In this document: piece after piece, positions 29,017 to 43,400 of the stretch | Numbering within the stretch: position 1 is the stretch's first letter | Layout: each line of letters opens with the position of its first letter | Assembly: GCA_964057225.1 (NCBI GenBank) | Contig: OZ059894.1 | Span: 23,560,001 to 23,624,000, forward strand | Source: Auanema rhodensis | Taxonomy: Eukaryota; Animalia; Nematoda | Length of the DNA: 64,000 nucleotides | Reading direction: 5' to 3' | Notes under the pieces: generated by a model | What the model saw: the letters and a program-made list of their open reading frames with translations, nothing else | What the model was told of the DNA's origin: nothing | Database searches by the model: none | Made by a program: the position numbers and the translations under genes

Positions 29017-32000
29017 AATTAGATTCCCCATGTCCATATTAGTCTAAAAACAAATTTTTATTGATATTGGTTCATGGTAACCATGACTTTGAAACTAACG
29101 TGAACTTTAATTTATGCTAATTAAATGTACACGTGATGTGCACTTGGTATGTAACTCGCTTCACGTGAAAGATAAAGAGATGCGGTTTTCAAAATTAGAT
29201 TCCCCATGTCCATATTAGTCTAAAAACAAATTTTTATTGATATTGGTTCATGGTAACCATGTCTTTGAAATTTACGTGAACTTTAATTTATGCTAATTAA
29301 ATGTACACGTGATGTGCACTTGGTATGTAACTCGCTTCACGTGAAAGATAAAAAGATGCGGTTTTCAAAATTAGATTCCCCATGTCCATATTAGTCTAAA
29401 AACAAATTTTTATTGATATTGGTTCATGGTAACCATGACTTTGAAATTTACGTGAACTTTAATTTATGCTAATTAAATGTACACGTGATGTGCACTTGGT
29501 ATGTAACTCGCTTCACGTGAAAGATAAAGAGATGCGGTTTTCAAAATTAGATTCCCCATGTCCATATTAGTCTAAAAACAAATTTTTATTGATATTGGTT
29601 CATGGTAACCATGACTTTGAAATTTACGTGAACTTTAATTTATGCTAATTAAATGTACACGTGATGTGCACTTGGTATGTAACTCGCTTCACGTGAAAGA
29701 TAAAGAGATGCGGTTTTCAAAATTAGATTCCCCATGTCCATATTAGTCTAAAAACAAATTTTTATTGATATTGGTGCATGGTAACCATGACTTTGAAATT
29801 TACGTGAACTTTAATTTATGCTAATTAAATGTACACGTGATGTGCACTTGGTATGTAACTTGCTTCACGTGAAAGATAAAGAGATGCGGTTTTCAAAATT
29901 AGATTCCCCATGTCCATATTAGTCTAAAAACAAATTTTTATTGATATTGGTTCATGGTAACCATGACTTTGAAACTTACGTGAACTTTAATTTATGCTAA
30001 TTAAATGTACACGTCATGTGCACTTGGTATGTAACTCGCTTCACGTGAAAGATAAAGAGATGCGGTTTTCAAAATTAGATTCCCCATGTCCATATTAGTT
30101 TAAACAAACTTTTATTGTTATTGGTTCAAGGTAACCATGACTTTGAATTTTACGTGAACTTTAATTTATGCTAATTAAATGTACACGTGATGTGCACTTG
30201 GTATGTAACTCGCTTCACGTGAAAGATAAAGAGATGCGGTTTTCAAAATTAGATTCCCCATGTCCATATTAGTCTAAAAACAAATTTTTATTGATATTGG
30301 TTCATGGTAACCATGACTTTGAAATTTACGTGAACTTTAATTTATGCTAATTAAATGTACACGTGATGTGCACTTGGTATGTAACTCGCTTCACGTGAAA
30401 GATAAAGAGATGCGGTTTTCAAAATTAGATTCCCCATGTCTATATTAGTCTAAAAACAAATTTTTATTGATATTGGTTCATGGTAACCATGACTTTGAAA
30501 TTTACGTGAACTTTAATTTATGCTAATTAAATGTACACGTGATGTGCACTTGGTATGTAACTCGCTTCACGTGAAAGATAAAGAGATGCGGTTTTCAAAA
30601 TTAGATTCCCCATGTCCATATTAGTCTAAAAACAAATTTGTATTGATATTGGTTCATGGTAACCATGTCTTTGAAATTTACGTGAACTTTAATTTATGCT
30701 AATTAAATGTACACGTGATGTGCTCTTGGTATGTAACTCGCTTCACGTGAAAGATAAAAAGATGCGGTTTTCAAAATTAGATTCCCCATGTCCATATTAG
30801 TCTAAAAACAAATTTTTATTGATATTGGTTCATGGTAACCATGACTTTGAAATTTACGTGAACTTTAATTTATGCTAATTAAATGTACACGTGATGTGCA
30901 CTTGGTATGTAACTCGCTTCACGTGAAAGATAAAGAGATGCGGTTTTCAAAATTAGATTCCCCATGTCCATATTAGTCTAAAAACAAATTTGTATTGATA
31001 TTGGTTCATGGTAACCATGTCTTTGAAATTTACGTGAACTTTAATTTATGCTAATTAAATGTACACGTGATGTGCTCTTGGTATGTAACTCGCTTCACGT
31101 GAAAGATAAAAAGATGCGGTTTTCAAAATTAGATTCCCCATGTCCATATTAGTCTAAAAACAAATTTTTATTGATATTGGTTCATGGTAACCATGTCTTT
31201 GAAATTTACGTGAACTTTAATTTATGCTAATTAAATGTACACGTGATGTGCACTTGGTATGTAACTCGCTTCACGTGAAAGATAAAAAGATGCGGTTTTC
31301 AAAATTAGATTCCCCATGTCCATATTAGTCTAAAAACAAATTTTTATTGATATTGGTTCATGGTAACCATGACTTTGAAACTAACGTGAACTTTAATTTA
31401 TGCTAATTAAATGTACACGTGATGTGCACTTGGTATGTAACTCGCTTCACGTGAAAGATAAAGAGATGTGGTTTTCAAAATTAGATTCCCCATGTCCATA
31501 TTAGTCTAAAAACAAATTTTTATTGATATTGGTTCATGGTAACCATGTCTTTGAAATTTACGTGAACTTTAATTTATGCTAATTAAATGTACACGTGATG
31601 TGCACTTGGTATGTAACTCGCTTCACGTGAAAGATAAAAAGATGCGGTTTTCAAAATTAGATTCCCCATGTCCATATTAGTCTAAAAACAAATTTTTATT
31701 GATATTGGTTCATGGTAACCATGACTTTGAAATTTACGTGAACTTTAATTTATGCTAATTAAATGTACACGTGATGTGCACTTGGTATGTAACTCGCTTC
31801 ACGTGAAAGATAAAGAGATGCGGTTTTCAAAATTAGATTCCCCATGTCCATATTAGTCTAAAAACAAATTTTTATTGATATTGGTTCATGGTAACCATGA
31901 CTTTGAAATTTACGTGAACTTTAATTTATGCTAATTAAATGTACACGTGATGTGCACTTGGTATGTAACTCGCTTCACGTGAAAGATAAAGAGATGCGGT

Positions 32001-35000
32001 TTTCAAAATTAGATTCCCCATGTCCATATTAGTCTAAAAACAAATTTTTATTGATATTGGTGCATGGTAACCATGACTTTGAAATTTACGTGAACTTTAA
32101 TTTATGCTAATTAAATGTACACGTGATGTGCACTTGGTATGTAACTTGCTTCACGTGAAAGATAAAGAGATGCGGTTTTCAAAATTAGATTCCCCATGTC
32201 CATATTAGTCTAAAAACAAATTTTTATTGATATTGGTTCATGGTAACCATGACTTTGAAACTTACGTGAACTTTAATTTATGCTAATTAAATGTACACGT
32301 CATGTGCACTTGGTATGTAACTCGCTTCACGTGAAAGATAAAGAGATGCGGTTTTCAAAATTAGATTCCCCATGTCCATATTAGTTTAAACAAACTTTTA
32401 TTGTTATTGGTTCAAGGTAACCATGACTTTGAATTTTACGTGAACTTTAATTTATGCTAATTAAATGTACACGTGATGTGCACTTGGTATGTAACTCGCT
32501 TCACGTGAAAGATAAAGAGATGCGGTTTTCAAAATTAGATTCCCCATGTCCATATTAGTCTAAAAACAAATTTTTATTGATATTGGTTCATGGTAACCAT
32601 GACTTTGAAATTTACGTGAACTTTAATTTATGCTAATTAAATGTACACGTGATGTGCACTTGGTATGTAACTCGCTTCACGTGAAAGATAAAGAGATGCG
32701 GTTTTCAAAATTAGATTCCCCATGTCTATATTAGTCTAAAAACAAATTTTTATTGATATTGGTTCATGGTAACCATGACTTTGAAATTTACGTGAACTTT
32801 AATTTATGCTAATTAAATGTACACGTGATGTGCACTTGGTATGTAACTCGCTTCACGTGAAAGATAAAGAGATGCGGTTTTCAAAATTAGATTCCCCATG
32901 TCCATATTAGTCTAAAAACAAATTTGTATTGATATTGGTTCATGGTAACCATGTCTTTGAAATTTACGTGAACTTTAATTTATGCTAATTAAATGTACAC
33001 GTGATGTGCTCTTGGTATGTAACTCGCTTCACGTGAAAGATAAAAAGATGCGGTTTTCAAAATTAGATTCCCCATGTCCATATTAGTCTAAAAACAAATT
33101 TTTATTGATATTGGTTCATGGTAACCATGACTTTGAAATTTACGTGAACTTTAATTTATGCTAATTAAATGTACACGTGATGTGCACTTGGTATGTAACT
33201 CGCTTCACGTGAAAGATAAAGAGATGCGGTTTTCAAAATTAGATTCCCCATGTCCATATTAGTCTAAAAACAAATTTGTATTGATATTGGTTCATGGTAA
33301 CCATGTCTTTGAAATTTACGTGAACTTTAATTTATGCTAATTAAATGTACACGTGATGTGCTCTTGGTATGTAACTCGCTTCACGTGAAAGATAAAAAGA
33401 TGCGGTTTTCAAAATTAGATTCCCCATGTCCATATTAGTCTAAAAACAAATTTTTATTGATATTGGTTCATGGTAACCATGACTTTGAAACTAACGTGAA
33501 CTTTAATTTATGCTAATTAAATGTACACGTGATGTGCACTTGGTATGTAACTCGCTTCACGTGAAAGATAAAGAGATGCGGTTTTCAAAATTAGATTCCC
33601 CATGTCCATATTAGTCTAAAAACAAATTTTTATTGATATTGGTTCATGGTAACCATGTCTTTGAAATTTACGTGAACTTTAATTTATGCTAATTAAATGT
33701 ACACGTGATGTGCACTTGGTATGTAACTCGCTTCACGTGAAAGATAAAAAGATGCGGTTTTCAAAATTAGATTCCCCATGTCCATATTAGTCTAAAAACA
33801 AATTTTTATTGATATTGGTTCATGGTAACCATGACTTTGAAATTTACGTGAACTTTAATTTATGCTAATTAAATGTACACGTGATGTGCACTTGGTATGT
33901 AACTCGCTTCACGTGAAAGATAAAGAGATGCGGTTTTCAAAATTAGATTCCCCATGTCCATATTAGTCTAAAAACAAATTTTTATTGATATTGGTTCATG
34001 GTAACCATGACTTTGAAATTTACGTGAACTTTAATTTATGCTAATTAAATGTACACGTGATGTGCACTTGGTATGTAACTCGCTTCACGTGAAAGATAAA
34101 GAGATGCGGTTTTCAAAATTAGATTCCCCATGTCCATATTAGTCTAAAAACAAATTTTTATTGATATTGGTGCATGGTAACCATGACTTTGAAATTTACG
34201 TGAACTTTAATTTATGCTAATTAAATGTACACGTGATGTGCACTTGGTATGTAACTTGCTTCACGTGAAAGATAAAGAGATGCGGTTTTCAAAATTAGAT
34301 TCCCCATGTCCATATTAGTCTAAAAACAAATTTTTATTGATATTGGTTCATGGTAACCATGACTTTGAAACTTACGTGAACTTTAATTTATGCTAATTAA
34401 ATGTACACGTCATGTGCACTTGGTATGTAACTCGCTTCACGTGAAAGATAAAGAGATGCGGTTTTCAAAATTAGATTCCCCATGTCCATATTAGTTTAAA
34501 CAAACTTTTATTGTTATTGGTTCAAGGTAACCATGACTTTGAATTTTACGTGAACTTTAATTTATGCTAATTAAATGTACACGTGATGTGCACTTGGTAT
34601 GTAACTCGCTTCACGTGAAAGATAAAGAGATGCGGTTTTCAAAATTAGATTCCCCATGTCCATATTAGTCTAAAAACAAATTTTTATTGATATTGGTTCA
34701 TGGTAACCATGACTTTGAAATTTACGTGAACTTTAATTTATGCTAATTAAATGTACACGTGATGTGCACTTGGTATGTAACTCGCTTCACGTGAAAGATA
34801 AAGAGATGCGGTTTTCAAAATTAGATTCCCCATGTCTATATTAGTCTAAAAACAAATTTTTATTGATATTGGTTCATGGTAACCATGACTTTGAAATTTA
34901 CGTGAACTTTAATTTATGCTAATTAAATGTACACGTGATGTGCACTTGGTATGTAACTCGCTTCACGTGAAAGATAAAGAGATGCGGTTTTCAAAATTAG

Positions 35001-37456
35001 ATTCCCCATGTCCATATTAGTCTAAAAACAAATTTGTATTGATATTGGTTCATGGTAACCATGTCTTTGAAATTTACGTGAACTTTAATTTATGCTAATT
35101 AAATGTACACGTGATGTGCTCTTGGTATGTAACTCGCTTCACGTGAAAGATAAAAAGATGCGGTTTTCAAAATTAGATTCCCCATGTCCATATTAGTCTA
35201 AAAACAAATTTTTATTGATATTGGTTCATGGTAACCATGACTTTGAAATTTACGTGAACTTTAATTTATGCTAATTAAATGTACACGTGATGTGCACTTG
35301 GTATGTAACTCGCTTCACGTGAAAGATAAAGAGATGCGGTTTTCAAAATTAGATTCCCCATGTCCATATTAGTCTAAAAACAAATTTGTATTGATATTGG
35401 TTCATGGTAACCATGTCTTTGAAATTTACGTGAACTTTAATTTATGCTAATTAAATGTACACGTGATGTGCTCTTGGTATGTAACTCGCTTCACGTGAAA
35501 GATAAAAAGATGCGGTTTTCAAAATTAGATTCCCCATGTCCATATTAGTCTAAAAACAAATTTTTATTGATATTGGTTCATGGTAACCATGACTTTGAAA
35601 CTAACGTGAACTTTAATTTATGCTAATTAAATGTACACGTGATGTGCACTTGGTATGTAACTCGCTTCACGTGAAAGATAAAGAGATGCGGTTTTCAAAA
35701 TTAGATTCCCCATGTCCATATTAGTCTAAAAACAAATTTTTATTGATATTGGTTCATGGTAACCATGTCTTTGAAATTTACGTGAACTTTAATTTATGCT
35801 AATTAAATGTACACGTGATGTGCACTTGGTATGTAACTCGCTTCACGTGAAAGATAAAAAGATGCGGTTTTCAAAATTAGATTCCCCATGTCCATATTAG
35901 TCTAAAAACAAATTTTTATTGATATTGGTTCATGGTAACCATGACTTTGAAATTTACGTGAACTTTAATTTATGCTAATTAAATGTACACGTGATGTGCA
36001 CTTGGTATGTAACTCGCTTCACGTGAAAGATAAAGAGATGCGGTTTTCAAAATTAGATTCCCCATGTCCATATTAGTCTAAAAACAAATTTTTATTGATA
36101 TTGGTTCATGGTAACCATGACTTTGAAATTTACGTGAACTTTAATTTATGCTAATTAAATGTACACGTGATGTGCACTTGGTATGTAACTCGCTTCACGT
36201 GAAAGATAAAGAGATGCGGTTTTCAAAATTAGATTCCCCATGTCCATATTAGTCTAAAAACAAATTTTTATTGATATTGGTGCATGGTAACCATGACTTT
36301 GAAATTTACGTGAACTTTAATTTATGCTAATTAAATGTACACGTGATGTGCACTTGGTATGTAACTTGCTTCACGTGAAAGATAAAGAGATGCGGTTTTC
36401 AAAATTAGATTCCCCATGTCCATATTAGTCTAAAAACAAATTTTTATTGATATTGGTTCATGGTAACCATGACTTTGAAACTTACGTGAACTTTAATTTA
36501 TGCTAATTAAATGTACACGTGATGTGCACTTGGTATGTAACTCGCTTCACGTGAAAGATAAAGAGATGCGGTTTTCAAAATTAGATTCCCCATGTCCATA
36601 TTAGTTTAAACAAACTTTTATTGTTATTGGTTCAAGGTAACCATGACTTTGAATTTTACGTGAACTTTAATTTATGCTAATTAAATGTACACGTGATGTG
36701 CACTTGGTATGTAACTCGCTTCACGTGAAAGATAAAGAGATGCGGTTTTCAAAATTAGATTCCCCATGTCCATATTAGTCTAAAAACAAATTTTTATTGA
36801 TATTGGTTCATGGTAACCATGACTTTGAAATTTACGTGAACTTTAATTTATGCTAATTAAATGTACACGTGATGTGCACTTGGTATGTAACTCGCTTCAC
36901 GTGAAAGATAAAGAGATGCGGTTTTCAAAATTAGATTCCCCATGTCTATATTAGTCTAAAAACAAATTTTTATTGATATTGGTTCATGGTAACCATGACT
37001 TTGAAATTTACGTGAACTTTAATTTATGCTAATTAAATGTACACGTGATGTGCACTTGGTATGTAACTCGCTTCACGTGAAAGATAAAGAGATGCGGTTT
37101 TCAAAATTAGATTCCCCATGTCCATATTAGTCTAAAAACAAATTTGTATTGATATTGGTTCATGGTAACCATGTCTTTGAAATTTACGTGAACTTTAATT
37201 TATGCTAATTAAATGTACACGTGATGTGCTCTTGGTATGTAACTCGCTTCACGTGAAAGATAAAAAGATGCGGTTTTCAAAATTAGATTCCCCATGTCCA
37301 TATTAGTCTAAAAACAAATTTTTATTGATATTGGTTCATGGTAACCATGACTTTGAAATTTACGTGAACTTTAATTTATGCTAATTAAATGTACACGTGA
37401 TGTGCACTTGGTATGTAACTCGCTTCACGTGAAAGATAAATAGATGCGGTTTTCAA
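29017..37456. repeat. Run of about 4 near-identical 12/13-mer HOR copies (2286, 2110, 2110 bp, partial)
   Basis: The C79/A81 (ctaacg) monomer starts at 29017, 31303, 33413 and 35523. D is at 30073, 32359, 34469 and 36579. A paired G42/T70/T126/A161 monomer is present in the first three units. Confidence 0.85.
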
Positions 37457-40400
37457 AATTAGATTCCCCATGTCCATATTAGTCTAAAAACAAATTTTTA
37501 TTGATATTGGTTCATGGTAACCATGACTTTGAAATTTACGTGAACTTTAATTTATGCTAATTAAATGTACACGTGATGTGCACTTGGTATGTAACTCGCT
37601 TCACGTGAAAGATAAAGAGATGCGGTTTTCAAAATTAGATTCCCCATGTCCATAGTAGTCTAAAAACAAATTTTTATTGATATTGGTTCATGGTAACCAT
37701 GACTTTGAAATTTACGTGAACTTTAATTTATGCTAATTAAATGTACACGTGATGTGCACTTGGTATGTAACTTGCTTCACGTGAAAGATAAAGAGATGCG
37801 GTTTTCAAAATTAGATTCCCCATGTCCATATTAGTCTAAAAACAAATTTTTATTGATATTGGTTCATGGTAACCATGACTTTGAAATTTACGTGAACTTT
37901 AATTTATGCTAATTAAATGTACACGTGATGTGCACTTGGTATGTAACTCGCTTCACGTGAAAGATAAAGAGATGCGGTTTTCAAAATTAGATTCCCCATG
38001 TCCATATTAGTCTAAAAACAAATTTTTATTGATATTGGTTCATGGTAACCATGTCTTTGAAATTTACGTGAACTTTAATTTATGCTAATTAAATGTACAC
38101 GTGATGTGCACTTGGTATGTAACTCGCTTCACGTGAAAGATAAAAAGATGCGGTTTTCAAAATTAGATTCCCCATGTCCATATTAGTCTAAAAACAAATT
38201 TTTATTGATATTGGTTCATGGTAACCATGACTTTGAAACTAACGTGAACTTTAATTTATGCTAATTAAATGTACACGTGATGTGCACTTGGTATGTAACT
38301 CGCTTCACGTGAAAGATAAAGAGATGCGGTTTTCAAAATTAGATTCCCCATGTCCATATTAGTCTAAAAACAAATTTTTATTGATATTGGTTCATGGTAA
38401 CCATGTCTTTGAAATTTACGTGAACTTTAATTTATGCTAATTAAATGTACACGTGATGTGCACTTGGTATGTAACTCGCTTCACGTGAAAGATAAAAAGA
38501 TGCGGTTTTCAAAATTAGATTCCCCATGTCCATATTAGTCTAAAAACAAATTTTTATTGATATTGGTTCATGGTAACCATGACTTTGAAATTTACGTGAA
38601 CTTTAATTTATGCTAATTAAATGTACACGTGATGTGCACTTGGTATGTAACTCGCTTCACGTGAAAGATAAAGAGATGCGGTTTTCAAAATTAGATTCCC
38701 CATGTCCATATTAGTCTAAAAACAAATTTTTATTGATATTGGTTCATGGTAACCATGACTTTGAAATTTACGTGAACTTTAATTTATGCTAATTAAATGT
38801 ACACGTGATGTGCACTTGGTATGTAACTCGCTTCACGTGAAAGATAAAGAGATGCGGTTTTCAAAATTAGATTCCCCATGTCCATATTAGTCTAAAAACA
38901 AATTTTTATTGATATTGGTGCATGGTAACCATGACTTTGAAATTTACGTGAACTTTAATTTATGCTAATTAAATGTACACGTGATGTGCACTTGGTATGT
39001 AACTTGCTTCACGTGAAAGATAAAGAGATGCGGTTTTCAAAATTAGATTCCCCATGTCCATATTAGTCTAAAAACAAATTTTTATTGATATTGGTTCATG
39101 GTAACCATGACTTTGAAACTTACGTGAACTTTAATTTATGCTAATTAAATGTACACGTGATGTGCACTTGGTATGTAACTCGCTTCACGTGAAAGATAAA
39201 GAGATGCGGTTTTCAAAATTAGATTCCCCATGTCCATATTAGTTTAAACAAACTTTTATTGTTATTGGTTCAAGGTAACCATGACTTTGAATTTTACGTG
39301 AACTTTAATTTATGCTAATTAAATGTACACGTGATGTGCACTTGGTATGTAACTCGCTTCACGTGAAAGATAAAGAGATGCGGTTTTCAAAATTAGATTC
39401 CCCATGTCCATATTAGTCTAAAAACAAATTTTTATTGATATTGGTTCATGGTAACCATGACTTTGAAATTTACGTGAACTTTAATTTATGCTAATTAAAT
39501 GTACACGTGATGTGCACTTGGTATGTAACTCGCTTCACGTGAAAGATAAAGAGATGCGGTTTTCAAAATTAGATTCCCCATGTCTATATTAGTCTAAAAA
39601 CAAATTTTTATTGATATTGGTTCATGGTAACCATGACTTTGAAATTTACGTGAACTTTAATTTATGCTAATTAAATGTACACGTGATGTGCACTTGGTAT
39701 GTAACTCGCTTCACGTGAAAGATAAAGAGATGCGGTTTTCAAAATTAGATTCCCCATGTCCATATTAGTCTAAAAACAAATTTGTATTGATATTGGTTCA
39801 TGGTAACCATGTCTTTGAAATTTACGTGAACTTTAATTTATGCTAATTAAATGTACACGTGATGTGCTCTTGGTATGTAACTCGCTTCACGTGAAAGATA
39901 AAAAGATGCGGTTTTCAAAATTAGATTCCCCATGTCCATATTAGTCTAAAAACAAATTTTTATTGATATTGGTTCATGGTAACCATGACTTTGAAATTTA
40001 CGTGAACTTTAATTTATGCTAATTAAATTTACACGTGATGTGCACTTGGTATGTAACTCGCTTCACGTGAAAGATAAAGAGATGCGGTTTTCAAAATTAG
40101 ATTCCCCATGTCCATATTAGTCTAAAAACAAATTTTTATTGATATTGGTTCATGGTAACCATGACTTTGAAATTTACGTGAACTTTAATTTATGCTAATT
40201 AAATGTACACGTGATGTGCACTTGGTATGTAACTCGCTTCACGTGAAAGATAAAGAGATGCGGTTTTCAAAATTAGATTCCCCATGTCCATATTAGTCTA
40301 AAAACAAATTTTTATTGATATTGGTGCATGGTAACCATGACTTTGAAATTTACGTGAACTTTAATTTATGCTAATTAAATGTACACGTGATGTGCACTTG

Positions 40401-43400
40401 GTATGTAACTTGCTTCACGTGAAAGATAAAGAGATGCGGTTTTCAAAATTAGATTCCCCATGTCCATATTAGTCTAAAAACAAATTTTTATTGATATTGG
40501 TTCATGGTAACCATGACTTTGAAATTTACGTGAACTTTAATTTATGCTAATTAAATGTACACGTGATGTGCACTTGGTATGTAACTCGCTTCACGTGAAA
40601 GATAAAGAGATGCGGTTTTCAAAATTAGATTCCCCATGTCCATATTAGTCTAAAAACAAATTTTTATTGATATTGGTGCATGGTAACCATGACTTTGAAA
40701 TTTACGTGAACTTTAATTTATGCTAATTAAATGTACACGTGATGTGCACTTGGTATGTAACTTGCTTCACGTGAAAGATAAAGAGATGCGGTTTTCAAAA
40801 TTAGATTCCCCATGTCCATATTAGTCTAAAAACAAATTTTTATTGATATTGGTTCATGGTAACCATGACTTTGAAATTTACGTGAACTTTAATTTATGCT
40901 AATTAAATGTACACGTGATGTGCACTTGGTATGTAACTCGCTTCACGTGAAAGATAAAGAGATGCGGTTTTCAAAATTAGATTCCCCATGTCTATATTAG
41001 TCTAAAAACAAATTTTTATTGATATTGGTTCATGGTAACCATGACTTTGAAATTTACGTGAACTTTAATTTATGCTAATTAAATGTACACGTGATGTGCA
41101 CTTGGTATGTAACTCGCTTCACGTGAAAGATAAAGAGATGCGGTTTTCAAAATTAGATTCCCCATGTCCATATTAGTCTAAAAACAAATTTGTATTGATA
41201 TTGGTTCATGGTAACCATGTCTTTGAAATTTACGTGAACTTTAATTTATGCTAATTAAATGTACACGTGATGTGCTCTTGGTATGTAACTCGCTTCACGT
41301 GAAAGATAAAAAGATGCGGTTTTCAAAATTAGATTCCCCATGTCCATATTAGTCTAAAAACAAATTTTTATTGATATTGGTTCATGGTAACCATGACTTT
41401 GAAATTTACGTGAACTTTAATTTATGCTAATTAAATTTACACGTGATGTGCACTTGGTATGTAACTCGCTTCACGTGAAAGATAAAGAGATGCGGTTTTC
41501 AAAATTAGATTCCCCATGTCCATATTAGTCTAAAAACAAATTTTTATTGATATTGGTTCATGGTAACCATGACTTTGAAATTTACGTGAACTTTAATTTA
41601 TGCTAATTAAATGTACACGTGATGTGCACTTGGTATGTAACTCGCTTCACGTGAAAGATAAAGAGATGCGGTTTTCAAAATTAGATTCCCCATGTCCATA
41701 TTAGTCTAAAAACAAATTTTTATTGATATTGGTGCATGGTAACCATGACTTTGAAATTTACGTGAACTTTAATTTATGCTAATTAAATGTACACGTGATG
41801 TGCACTTGGTATGTAACTTGCTTCACGTGAAAGATAAAGAGATGCGGTTTTCAAAATTAGATTCCCCATGTCCATATTAGTCTAAAAACAAATTTTTATT
41901 GATATTGGTTCATGGTAACCATGACTTTGAAACTTACGTGAACTTTAATTTATGCTAATTAAATGTACACGTGATGTGCACTTGGTATGTAACTCGCTTC
42001 ACGTGAAAGATAAAGAGATGCGGTTTTCAAAATTAGATTCCCCATGTCCATATTAGTCTAAAAACAAATTTTTATTGTTATTGGTTCATGGTAACCATGA
42101 CTTTGAAATTTACGTGAACTTTAATTTATGCTAATTAAATGTACACGTGATGTGCACTTGGTATGTAACTCGCTTCACGTGAAAGATAAAGAGATGCGGT
42201 TTTCAAAATTAGATTCCCCATGTCCATATTAGTCTAAAAACAAATTTTTATTGATATTGGTTCATGGTAACCATGTCTTTGAAATTTACGTGAACTTTAA
42301 TTTATGCTAATTAAATGTACACGTGATGTGCACTTGGTATGTGACTCGCTTCACGTGAAAGATAAAGAGATGCGGTTTTCAAAATTAGATTCCCCATGTC
42401 CATATTAGTCTAAAAACAAATTTTTATTGATATTGGTTCATGGTAACCATGACTTTGAAATTTACGTGAACTTTAATTTATGCTAATTAAATGTACACGT
42501 GATGTGCACTTGGTATGTAACTCGCTTCACGTGAAAGATAAAGAGATGCGGTTTTCAAAATTAGATTCCCCATGTCCATATTAGTTTAAACAAACTTTTA
42601 TTGTTATTGGTTCAAGGTAACCATGACTTTGAATTTTACGTGAACTTTAATTTATGCTAATTAAATGTACACGTGATGTGCACTTGGTATGTAACTCGCT
42701 TCACGTGAAAGATAAAGAGATGCGGTTTTCAAAATTAGATTCCCCATGTCCATATTAGTCTAAAAACAAATTTTTATTGATATTGGTTCATGGTAACCAT
42801 TACTTTGAAATTTACGTGAACTTTAATTTATGCTAATTAAATGTACACGTGATGTGCACTTGGTATGTAACTCGCTTCACGTGAAAGATAAAGAGATGCG
42901 GTTTTCAAAATTAGATTCCCCATGTCTATATTAGTCTAAAAACAAATTTTTATTGATATTGGTTCATGGTAACCATGACTTTGAAATTTACGTGAACTTT
43001 AATTTATGCTAATTAAATGTACACGTGATGTGCACTTGGTATGTAACTCGCTTCACGTGAAAGATAAAGAGATGCGGTTTTCAAAATTAGATTCCCCATG
43101 TCCATATTAGTCTAAAAACAAATTTTTATTGATATTGGTGCATGGTAACCATGACTTTGAAATTTACGTGAACTTTAATTTATGCTAATTAAATGTACAC
43201 GTGATGTGCACTTGGTATGTAACTTGCTTCACGTGAAAGATAAAGAGATGCGGTTTTCAAAATTAGATTCCCCATGTCCATATTAGTCTAAAAACAAATT
43301 TTTATTGATATTGGTTCATGGTAACCATGACTTTGAAACTTACGTGAACTTTAATTTATGCTAATTAAATGTACACGTGATGTGCACTTGGTATGTAACT

